NCBI GenBank assembly: GCA_044341565.1 | Contig: JBIIRM010000001.1 | Location: 74,527 to 138,526, forward strand | Origin: Minisyncoccia bacterium | Lineage (GTDB): Bacteria; Patescibacteriota; Minisyncoccia; SW-4-49-11 | Length of the DNA stretch: 64,000 nucleotides | Direction: 5' to 3' | In this document: in pieces, positions 1 through 8,121 of the stretch | Position numbering within the stretch: the first letter of the stretch is position 1 | Layout of the letters: every line of letters begins with the position of its first letter | Notes under the pieces: generated by a model | What the model saw: only the letters and a program-made list of their open reading frames with translations | The model's database searches: none | Told to the model about the DNA's origin: nothing | Made by a program: the position numbers and the translations under genes

Positions 1-1917
1 GGTTTAGATGGGGGAGAATCAAGTGGAGTATTAATATTACCACCTAATTCAACAGAAGGAAAACCTGTTTCAGAAGTGTTGGGTCTTAATGAAGCAATTA
101 TTGATATTGATAATAAAGGCCTTGGAACAAGAGCCAGTGATTCATCATCATTTTATGGAGTAGCTAGGGAGGTAGCTCTTATTACAGAGAAAAAATTAAA
201 GCCCTTAGAATTAGCAGAATTTCCAAAACAACAAGTAAAAAAACAGATTCAAATTGAGACAGAAGCTTGTAGCTATTATTCTCTTTTAGCTTTATCTGGA
301 TTAAGTAATTATAAATTTGATTCTAATGTGCTCAGTAAGGGCGCCTATAGAGTAGATTTATATGTACAGACAGATACATTCAAATTAGATGATCGTATAC
401 ATAAATTATTACAAATATTAAATCAAAAAGCTCATCATCCCGCAGTTGATTTAGGAAATTTTATTTTATTTGAAATTGGCCAGCCCGTACATGTTTTTGA
501 TGCAGAGAAAATCAAAGGCAATACCTTAACTATCAGAGAAGCAAAAAAAGGGGAAACTCTTCTTACTATTAATGAAACAGAAATTGTATTAGAGGAAGGG
601 GATATTGTCATTTGTGATAAAGAGCAAATTATTGCCTTGGCAGGAATTATTGGAGGGTCCTCTACCGCTGTGGGGGATGGAACTACACAGGTTTTGATAG
701 AAAGTGCTCATTTTGATGCTGAGAGAATTCGCAAGACAGCTAGAAGACTAAGATTATTAACAGAATCAGCCAAGCGTTTTGAGCGAAATATACCCGTAGA
801 ATTAGCTGATATTGCAATGCAGCGTATTCTTCATCTTGTAACACAATCAGGGCTTGGAGTACTTGGATATAGCCATAAGGGGCATAATACCACTAGCCAT
901 AAAACAGTTAATCTCGATTATGATTATGTGCGTCGTTATATCGGAGCTGATATTACGGATGGGAATATTAATGCCTATTTTACAGCTTTACAAATACAAG
1001 TTCATAAGCCATTTGGGTCTCATCAATATCATCTTACAGCACCATATTGGAGATTGGATTTGAATACACCAGAAGAATATATAGAAGAAATAGCTCGACT
1101 TTATGGCTATGATACAATTCCTGCCACACTCAATATTGAGAAAATCGCTCCTACTATTAATTCATTATTTGCATTTAAACGAATATTATCAGAAACTTTA
1201 GCTAAAATAGGATATACGGAAATTATTACCTATCCGTATTCAGTTGAGGGAAATTTAAAATTAATAAATCCCGTAGATGAGTCTAAACCCTATTTACGAC
1301 AAAGTTTAACTAAATCTCTGGCCGATGCTATTGTATTAAATCAAAATCATCGAGATACATTACAATTATTCGAGATAAGTAATGTATTTACAGCGGAGCA
1401 ACATTTACATTTGAGTATTGGTGCTTGGGATAAACATAAAACCGCTACTGAGAATATAAATCAAACTTATCATGATATTGTATTACTAATTACTAAATTA
1501 GGCTTTGATACTAATAAAATTACAATACAGATTAATGATGAAGGACATATCATTACCTATGCAGAACAACCAATTGGTTGGATTCATGGTGAAGATTTGG
1601 TCATAGAATTAGATATTACCGTTTTGGTAGGTATTCTCACTCCTATTATAGAAAAATATATCCCTATTCCTAAATATCCTGCTGTAAAAAGAGATATTAC
1701 CATTGCTGTTTCCCCGTCATTATCTTCTCAGGAAATCTATAATACTATTCAATCTTTAGTCTCAAAACGATGTGAATATATTGGTCTTAGAGATATATTC
1801 GTAACAGATACTGCTATAAAATATACATTTCATTTGGAATTTCGAGACCCCGAGCAATCTTTATCAGATGAAGATGTGAATGCCGAAATAGCTATTATTG
1901 AAAAGCATTTTAATTAA
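1..1917 (+). CDS. pheT: Phenylalanine-tRNA ligase beta subunit (5' truncated by window)
   Basis: Frame is open from base 1. It has the B3/4 motifs GQPVHVFD and ESAHFD, the B5 motif RLDL..EEYIEEIARLYGYD, and a C-terminal FDX-ACB domain (KYPAVKRDI). Confidence 0.95.
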   Translation, partial: GLDGGESSGVLILPPNSTEGKPVSEVLGLNEAIIDIDNKGLGTRASDSSSFYGVAREVALITEKKLKPLELAEFPKQQVKKQIQIETEACSYYSLLALSGLSNYKFDSNVLSKGAYRVDLYVQTDTFKLDDRIHKLLQILNQKAHHPAVDLGNFILFEIGQPVHVFDAEKIKGNTLTIREAKKGETLLTINETEIVLEEGDIVICDKEQIIALAGIIGGSSTAVGDGTTQVLIESAHFDAERIRKTARRLRLLTESAKRFERNIPVELADIAMQRILHLVTQSGLGVLGYSHKGHNTTSHKTVNLDYDYVRRYIGADITDGNINAYFTALQIQVHKPFGSHQYHLTAPYWRLDLNTPEEYIEEIARLYGYDTIPATLNIEKIAPTINSLFAFKRILSETLAKIGYTEIITYPYSVEGNLKLINPVDESKPYLRQSLTKSLADAIVLNQNHRDTLQLFEISNVFTAEQHLHLSIGAWDKHKTATENINQTYHDIVLLITKLGFDTNKITIQINDEGHIITYAEQPIGWIHGEDLVIELDITVLVGILTPIIEKYIPIPKYPAVKRDITIAVSPSLSSQEIYNTIQSLVSKRCEYIGLRDIFVTDTAIKYTFHLEFRDPEQSLSDEDVNAEIAIIEKHFN

Positions 1918-1940
1918 AGAGTCAAAAAAGGCCATTATTA

Positions 1941-1969
1941 TTGACAAATTGACAATAATGCGGTATAAT
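1941..1969 (+). promoter_or_regulatory. sigma70 promoter of the rplU-nifU-fdx-lgt-like cluster
   Basis: Perfect TTGACA-17-TATAAT. Confidence 0.85.
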
Positions 1970-1997
1970 AAGTCCTAGTGTTAAATAAGTAGTGTAT

Positions 1998-2312
1998 ATG
2001 TTTGCAATTATTCGTACCGGAGGAAAGCAGTATCCAGTTGAAAAAGGAACTATTCTTAAAATTGAAAAGCTTCATTCTGAAGAAGGTTCAGAAATTGTAT
2101 TTGATGATGTGTTATTAGTTAATAATGATTCAGATATTACTCTAGGGAATCCTACAATAGCAAAGGCTAAGGTTAAGGGAAAAATTCTTACTCAAGGAAG
2201 AGGGAAAAAGCAAATTATTTTTAAATATAAGAATAAGACTCGATATAGTGTTAAAAATGGACATCGACAACCATTTACAGAAGTAGAAATTACTGATATT
2301 AGTGTAAAATAA
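1998..2312 (+). CDS. rplU: 50S ribosomal protein L21
   Basis: MFAIIRTGGKQY...GHRQPFT. ATG 1998 preferred over GTG 1992. Confidence 0.97.
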   Translation: MFAIIRTGGKQYPVEKGTILKIEKLHSEEGSEIVFDDVLLVNNDSDITLGNPTIAKAKVKGKILTQGRGKKQIIFKYKNKTRYSVKNGHRQPFTEVEITDISVK

Positions 2313-2330
2313 TCTTATTGTATTCCATAT

Positions 2331-2594
2331 ATGGATACATATACAAAAATAGAAACAGTATTAGAAGAAATCCGTCCAATGTTAGAATTAGATGGTGGTG
2401 GTGTTGAAATTGAAGCTTTTGAAAATGGTAATTTAACTCTCCACTTATTAGGGGCTTGCTCAGGATGCCCTATGTCTTCTATGACATTTGGCGTAGTAGT
2501 TGAGAGTAAATTAAAAGAAGTATGTGGTGACAAAATCAAAAATATATATTATACTCAAGATAGTACAGAAGGACATTATCATTTAAGTAAATAA
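2331..2594 (+). CDS. NifU/Nfu-like Fe-S cluster carrier
   Basis: IRPML..DGGGVE and GACSGCPMSSMT, the NifU C-terminal domain signature. Confidence 0.9.
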   Translation: MDTYTKIETVLEEIRPMLELDGGGVEIEAFENGNLTLHLLGACSGCPMSSMTFGVVVESKLKEVCGDKIKNIYYTQDSTEGHYHLSK

Positions 2595-2596
2595 AT

Positions 2597-2866
2597 ATGG
2601 CAATTAAAACATTGGCAATAGATAGAGATAAATGCATTGGAGCAGCTAGCTGTATTGCAGTATATCCTGATGTATTCGAAATTGATGCAGAAGGAAAGGC
2701 AGTATTAAAGTTAAAAGGAGATAAAACAAGTTCAGATAAAACTGATATTACCGCTCTTGATGTGACATCAGTAGATGATGATACCTTATTATTAGCTGCT
2801 CAATCTTGTCCAACTGCTGCCATTTCTCTTTATGATGAGTCAGGAAGTCAAGTATTCCCTGCATAA
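2597..2866 (+). CDS. Ferredoxin, probably [3Fe-4S]
   Basis: CIGAASC...AAQSCPTAAI; the second Cys of CxxCxxC is replaced by Ala. Confidence 0.85.
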   Translation: MAIKTLAIDRDKCIGAASCIAVYPDVFEIDAEGKAVLKLKGDKTSSDKTDITALDVTSVDDDTLLLAAQSCPTAAISLYDESGSQVFPA

Positions 2867-2892
2867 AGAGGTATTTAAAATACAAACATAAT

Positions 2893-3696
2893 ATGTCCTC
2901 TTATCAAGTTATTGATTTAATTACACAATATCAAAGTAATTTCCCTGTATGGGGAGCGGCTGCAGTATTTTCATTTTGTCTTATACTTATCTTGTCTTTA
3001 GAAAAGGCCAAGAGAAAGGGAGTTCCTGGAGATGATATTTTTGGATTGGTGAGCATGACAGCCCTTGGAGGATTATTTGGTGCTAGAATTGCGTATTTAC
3101 TTATGTATCAGGCTGATATTAATTTTGTCTCTACATTAAGTTGGGGGGAAGTTTTTTATAAAGGGCATCTCAGTATTGTGGGAGGATATTTTGGAGCAGT
3201 TATTGTAGGTTGGTTTTATTTACAAGGATTTGCAGCCTTACAGAGATCTAAAATGTCTTGGCTTCGATTCTCTGATACATTTTTATATATTATCCCACTC
3301 GGGTTGGCCTTTGGATATATTGGAGTATTTTTTGTTAGTATATCGAAGGGGGCTATCACAAATCAAGCATATCCATGGGTATTCCCTATGGCTGACTCGT
3401 ATATTCATCCATGGGGATTATATATTGCAGCTGGATATTTATTCTTATTCATGATACTATTCATATTAAATCAGCGATTATATGAATTTCGCCGACCAGG
3501 TTATTTGACATCAGTATTTGTATTAGGAGTAGCAACTATTCATTTCTTTGCTGATTTTTGGCAAACTACCGATATGTCCTATGGAGACCCAAGAATTATT
3601 GGACTTACCATGACTCAATGGGTAGCTCTCATAGTTATTTTTATTACAGGTCTGACCATTTTATTCAGAAGAGCAAGGAATAAGAGGAGAACATAA
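2893..3696 (+). CDS. Lgt (prolipoprotein diacylglyceryl transferase)-like membrane protein with degenerate active site
   Basis: Lgt topology with GARIAY, G.LS..GG, PW..P...HP..LY and GLT.TQW motifs; the signature residues are altered. Confidence 0.75.
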   Translation: MSSYQVIDLITQYQSNFPVWGAAAVFSFCLILILSLEKAKRKGVPGDDIFGLVSMTALGGLFGARIAYLLMYQADINFVSTLSWGEVFYKGHLSIVGGYFGAVIVGWFYLQGFAALQRSKMSWLRFSDTFLYIIPLGLAFGYIGVFFVSISKGAITNQAYPWVFPMADSYIHPWGLYIAAGYLFLFMILFILNQRLYEFRRPGYLTSVFVLGVATIHFFADFWQTTDMSYGDPRIIGLTMTQWVALIVIFITGLTILFRRARNKRRT

Positions 3697-3734
3697 TTAT
3701 TCTATTCTCCCTTATCAATAACTGTGGGGAATAT

Positions 3735-5504
3735 ATGAATAATGAAGTAAAAGATTTAATAAAGCAAAAGCTAGATATCGTAGATATTATTGGGGAATAT
3801 GTAACTTTAATCCCCGCAGGATCTAATTATAAGGCTTTATCTCCATTTCGTAGTGAAAAAAGCCCCTCTTTTATTGTGAGTCCTGAACTACAAATATATA
3901 AGGATTTTGGGGGGGATAAAGCAGGAGATATATTCCAATTTATTATGGATATTGAAGGAGTTGAATTTCGGGAAGCTCTTCAAATATTATCAGAAAAGTC
4001 AGGAATATCATTACAATCAGCATCAGGAGAAAAATCTCCATATAAAGAAAATAATAAAAAAACTCTTCTTAATATATTACAGGATAGTGCTAAAATATAT
4101 CACTCTATTTTATTGCATCCCACTCATGGAGAAAAGGGGAGACAATATTTATATGAAAGAGGCTTAACAGATGAACTTATAGAGTTATTTAGCATTGGTA
4201 TTGCTCCTCAAAATTATCAAACATTAACCAAACGCCTTATTACTAAATATTCTCCTCAAGATATTGAGGCTACCGGTATGGGAATACAAGGCCAACAAAA
4301 TCATTTATATGATAGGTTTCGAGGCCGTATTATGATTCCCATACAAGATACTTTGGGACGTGTAGTGGGCTTCACGGGAAGAATATTACCAGAATATGAT
4401 GATGGTCAAATGGGAAAATATGTAAATTCTCCCCAAACAAGCACATATGATAAAAGTAAAGTATTATTTGGATTATCTCAAGCTAAAATTGCAATTAAAA
4501 CTCAAAAAAGGGTGATTTTAGTAGAGGGGCAAATGGATGTCATAATGTCTCATAAAGCGGGTATTAAAGATGTGGTAGCAGTGTCGGGGACAGCCTTAAG
4601 TGAATATCATATTACGGCTTTAATGCGATATACAGATCAATTTTTATTAGCTTTTGATAATGATGCAGCCGGAATAGCCGCTTGTTTGCGTTCGGCTTCT
4701 CTTATTACCCAAAAAGGTGGAGTAGTAAAAGTTATTTATATAGAGGGTGGTAAGGATACCGCTGATTTAGTAAGAGAAAATCCTCAATTATGGGAAAAAG
4801 CCATTGAAAAAGCTGAGGACTTTATAGAATATTATCTCAATCATATTGTCGCTAATATTAAATCAGAAGATATTCCTGCTAAAAACAAGGCATTACAACA
4901 ATTAATACAATGGATACAAGTAATTAATGATCCTATTGCAAAGAATTATTATACCAAAAAATTAGCTGATTTATTAAATATGTCAGAAAAAGATATATAT
5001 ATTCAGATGAAAACGGATATAAAATCGTATAATACCGATACAGTTGAGAGACCTATAGACTCTGCTTCTGTTCGATTGCAAAAACATATTATTGCATATC
5101 TCCTTTACAAACCAGAAAATCGTGATATTCTTATATTAGAAGAGTCTCTATTCACTCAATCAATATTGAGAGAATTATTTATTAAAATAAGAGACCACTG
5201 TACGACTAAATCTCCTAAAACATTAAGTTTAGCTGAATGTAAATCATTTGTTTCAGACTCGGAATATACCATTCTTGAAGAATTGTTATTACCTATTTTT
5301 TATCAAATTGAACAAATGCAATCAAGTGAAGAGCAAATACAGCAAAGTATACAGGAAACAATTCATTTGCTTAAAACTCAATATCAAAGCTCGGTCAGAA
5401 AGGCTTTATTGAAAAAATTAAAGGAAGCAAAAAAAGCAGGGGATAATGATAAAGTGCAAGATATTCTGGAAAAATATAAAATTTTCACGAAAAATACTAG
5501 ATAA
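3735..5504 (+). CDS. dnaG: DNA primase
   Basis: [24 protein letters not shown], and TOPRIM motifs VEGQMDV and FDNDAAG. Confidence 0.97.
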   Translation: MNNEVKDLIKQKLDIVDIIGEYVTLIPAGSNYKALSPFRSEKSPSFIVSPELQIYKDFGGDKAGDIFQFIMDIEGVEFREALQILSEKSGISLQSASGEKSPYKENNKKTLLNILQDSAKIYHSILLHPTHGEKGRQYLYERGLTDELIELFSIGIAPQNYQTLTKRLITKYSPQDIEATGMGIQGQQNHLYDRFRGRIMIPIQDTLGRVVGFTGRILPEYDDGQMGKYVNSPQTSTYDKSKVLFGLSQAKIAIKTQKRVILVEGQMDVIMSHKAGIKDVVAVSGTALSEYHITALMRYTDQFLLAFDNDAAGIAACLRSASLITQKGGVVKVIYIEGGKDTADLVRENPQLWEKAIEKAEDFIEYYLNHIVANIKSEDIPAKNKALQQLIQWIQVINDPIAKNYYTKKLADLLNMSEKDIYIQMKTDIKSYNTDTVERPIDSASVRLQKHIIAYLLYKPENRDILILEESLFTQSILRELFIKIRDHCTTKSPKTLSLAECKSFVSDSEYTILEELLLPIFYQIEQMQSSEEQIQQSIQETIHLLKTQYQSSVRKALLKKLKEAKKAGDNDKVQDILEKYKIFTKNTR

Positions 5505-5515
5505 TAGATTTATAT

Positions 5516-6619
5516 ATGGCAAAGTCAAATGATACTACTTCAAAACAAGCCCTTGATAAAATAGTAAAAGCCTTGATTATACAAGGTAAAGAGCGGGGAT
5601 TTGTGACAGAAACAGAAATTATGTATGCGCTTCCCAATATTGAGGATAATCTTGAGCAATTAGAAGAATTATATGATATCCTCAAAGAAAAAGGAATTAA
5701 AGTACAAGATGAGGTAGAATTCCTCCCCGGAGTAAATAGTGATGGAATTGAGGAAAGTGAAGTATATACTTCATTAGAAAAATGGGAAGAAGAATTACCA
5801 GATCCCGTACAAATGTATTTAAAAGAAATTGGAAATATTCCTCTTTTAACTAAAGAGCAAGAAATTTATATTTCAAAAAGAGTACTTGAAGGAGATGAGG
5901 AAGCAAAGCGAGAACTGGCTGAGGCTAATTTAAGACTTGTAGTATCTATTGCTAAAAAATATGTAGGAAGAAGTCCTAATCTTACTTTACTTGATTTAAT
6001 TCAAGAGGGGAATTTAGGATTATTCAAAGCCATTGATAAATTTGATTATTCTAAAGGATTTAAATTCTCTACATATGCTACTTGGTGGATAAGACAGGCT
6101 ATTACCCGTGCTCTTGCTGATCAATCTCGAACTATTCGTATTCCTGTTCATATGGTAGAGACTATTAATAAATATTCTCAAGTTGTACGTAATTTGGTAC
6201 AAGAATTAGGAAGAGAGCCATTACCAGAAGAAATTGCAGCAGAAATGGATTTAGATGTAGAAAAAGTGCATCAAATTATTAAAATCAATCAAGATACTAT
6301 ATCCCTGCAAGCTCCTGTAGGAGATGAGGATGGAAGTTCTCTTGGAGACTTTATTGAAGATACCGAATCATTAAGTCCTACACAAACAGCAAGTCGTAAT
6401 TTACTTCGTGAGCATTTACAAGAGATTTTAGATGATCTCAATGATAGAGAGCAAAAAATTCTCCAAATGCGATTTGGTCTAGAGGATGGTATCACTCATA
6501 CCTTAGAAGAAGTAGGAGCTGAATTCAATGTAACTCGTGAGCGTATTCGCCAAATTGAAGTAAAAGCCTTAGAAAAAATACGAGAACATGTTAATATCCG
6601 CAAATTACGAGATTATTAG
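5516..6619 (+). CDS. rpoD: RNA polymerase primary sigma factor
   Basis: [46 protein letters not shown]. Confidence 0.98.
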   Translation: MAKSNDTTSKQALDKIVKALIIQGKERGFVTETEIMYALPNIEDNLEQLEELYDILKEKGIKVQDEVEFLPGVNSDGIEESEVYTSLEKWEEELPDPVQMYLKEIGNIPLLTKEQEIYISKRVLEGDEEAKRELAEANLRLVVSIAKKYVGRSPNLTLLDLIQEGNLGLFKAIDKFDYSKGFKFSTYATWWIRQAITRALADQSRTIRIPVHMVETINKYSQVVRNLVQELGREPLPEEIAAEMDLDVEKVHQIIKINQDTISLQAPVGDEDGSSLGDFIEDTESLSPTQTASRNLLREHLQEILDDLNDREQKILQMRFGLEDGITHTLEEVGAEFNVTRERIRQIEVKALEKIREHVNIRKLRDY

Positions 6620-6630
6620 AGTCTGACCCC

Positions 6631-6659
6631 TTCACAAAATAGAACTTATATGATATAAT
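6631..6659 (+). promoter_or_regulatory. Promoter of rplK-rplA
   Basis: TTCACA-17-TATAAT with TG extension. Confidence 0.7.
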
Positions 6660-6693
6660 CACTTTCAGTATGTTATATAAGGAATAGAGTACT

Positions 6694-7119
6694 ATGAGTA
6701 AGCCAATCAAAGCAGTTGTAAAGCTACAAGTTCGAGGAGGTCAAGCTACCCCAGCTCCACCAACAGGAACCGCATTAGGACCCCATGGAATTAAATTACA
6801 AGAATTTTGTATCAAATTTAATGATGCAACTCGAGAACAACAAGGAGAAGTTGTACCGGTAGAGGTAACAATTTATGAGGATAGAAGTTTTGACTTTGTT
6901 CTTAAAATTTCTCCTGTTTCAGCTCTTATCAAAAAAGAATTGAAACTTTCTAAAGGTTCTTCAATTCCAAATAAGACAAAGGTAGGAAAATTAAGCAAAG
7001 CTCAGGTATCAGCAATAGCTGAGAAAAAATTACCTGATCTTAATGCCTTTGAACTTGAAGCTGCTATGAAAATAGTAGAAGGTACTGCCCGATCAATGGG
7101 AGTAGAAATAACAGAGTAG
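6694..7119 (+). CDS. rplK: 50S ribosomal protein L11
   Basis: GQATPAPPTGTALG...GTARSMG. Confidence 0.98.
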   Translation: MSKPIKAVVKLQVRGGQATPAPPTGTALGPHGIKLQEFCIKFNDATREQQGEVVPVEVTIYEDRSFDFVLKISPVSALIKKELKLSKGSSIPNKTKVGKLSKAQVSAIAEKKLPDLNAFELEAAMKIVEGTARSMGVEITE

Positions 7120-7152
7120 GAGAGTATTATTAATAATATTCGCTAATACTAC
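7116..7152 (+). promoter_or_regulatory. Putative L1-binding autoregulatory mRNA element upstream of rplA
   Basis: GUAG-GA-[GAGUAUUAUU/AAUAAUAUUC stem]-GCUAAUA-CUAC: two helices around an asymmetric GA/GCUAAUA loop, the typical L1-site architecture. Confidence 0.7.
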
Positions 7153-7166
7153 ATAACTATATCATT

Positions 7167-7847
7167 ATGAGATCCAAAGCCTATCGCAATATTATTGAAC
7201 AATTAGACCGAACTAAAATATACCCATTAACAGAAGGTATTCCTGTCGTATTGAGTTTTGCAAGAGCAAAATTTACCGAAAGCGTAGATATTCATATCAA
7301 GACTAATCTTAAAGGTACTAAAGGACCTCAATCAGTAAGAGGAACAGTGATTTTTAGCAAGCCAATTGCTAAGGGGAAAACAGTTTTAGTATTAACCGAA
7401 GATGAGGCTAAATTACAACAAGCTATCGCTGCAGGAGCTGATAAAGTTGGAGGAAAAGAAATTATTGATGAGATAAAGCAAGCTGGAGGTATTAATTATG
7501 ATGTAGTAATTGCAACTACTGATTTTATGCGATTTGTAGCACCAGTAGCTAAGATTTTAGGACCAAAAGGGCTTATGCCTTCTCCTAAAAATGGGACAGT
7601 AACTGATGATGTAGAGCGAGTAGTCAAAGAATTCAAGGCTGGTAAAGCTGAATTTAGAATGGATAAAACAGGAGTTATTCATCAGGCAATTGGGAATATA
7701 ACATTTAGTGCAGAGGAATTAGAAAAGAATATTCGAGAATTTGTAGCTGAAGTCCAAAAACATCAGCCAGAAAAGGTAAAAGGTGAATTTGTAAAGCATA
7801 TATATCTTTCCCTTACACAAAGTCCATCTATTAAAGTAAAGCTTTAA
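7167..7847 (+). CDS. rplA: 50S ribosomal protein L1
   Basis: KFTESVD, LGPKGLMPSPKNGTVT, FRMDKTGVIH. Confidence 0.97.
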   Translation: MRSKAYRNIIEQLDRTKIYPLTEGIPVVLSFARAKFTESVDIHIKTNLKGTKGPQSVRGTVIFSKPIAKGKTVLVLTEDEAKLQQAIAAGADKVGGKEIIDEIKQAGGINYDVVIATTDFMRFVAPVAKILGPKGLMPSPKNGTVTDDVERVVKEFKAGKAEFRMDKTGVIHQAIGNITFSAEELEKNIREFVAEVQKHQPEKVKGEFVKHIYLSLTQSPSIKVKL

Positions 7848-7859
7848 TACAGCATATAT

Positions 7860-7885
7860 AAAAGAGAGCTGAAAGGCTCTTTTTT
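7860..7885 (+). terminator. Intrinsic terminator after rplA
   Basis: AGAGCT-GAAA-GGCTCT stem followed by a T tract. Confidence 0.75.
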
Positions 7886-7966
7886 GTATTATGGGGATAA
7901 CCATTTTAGACTTTAGAGATATAATGGCTGTATATAAGTCTATTTAAGATTATAGTCTTTGCTGAT

Positions 7967-7975
7967 TGTGGATAA
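7967..7975 (-). promoter_or_regulatory. DnaA box upstream of nrdAB
   Basis: TGTGGATAA, the reverse complement of TTATCCACA. A 1-mismatch box TGGGGATAA lies at 7892-7900. Confidence 0.6.
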
Positions 7976-8029
7976 CTTTCTTTATTTTAGAGGTGAAATA
8001 GTTCACTAGTAGTAAAATATGGCTTTTCT

Positions 8030-8045
8030 ATACTATATATAGTGG
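8030..8045. promoter_or_regulatory. Putative NrdR box
   Basis: ATACTATATATAGTGG matches the NrdR palindrome acaCwAtATaTwGtg and sits just upstream of the nrdA -35. Confidence 0.7.
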
Positions 8046-8050
8046 TTAAA

Positions 8051-8079
8051 TTGTATATTGAAAATAAGTCTGATATAAT
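8051..8079 (+). promoter_or_regulatory. Promoter of nrdAB
   Basis: TTGTAT-17-TATAAT with TG extension. Confidence 0.65.
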
Positions 8080-8121
8080 AATTCTACCCCTTAATAATAG
8101 ATAAACATAATATATACAGAT

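Noticed and set aside
7848-8121. Replication origin candidate (DnaA boxes in an AT-rich spacer)
   Set aside because: Only two boxes, no dnaA/dnaN nearby and no switch in gene-strand bias; better explained as nrdAB regulation.
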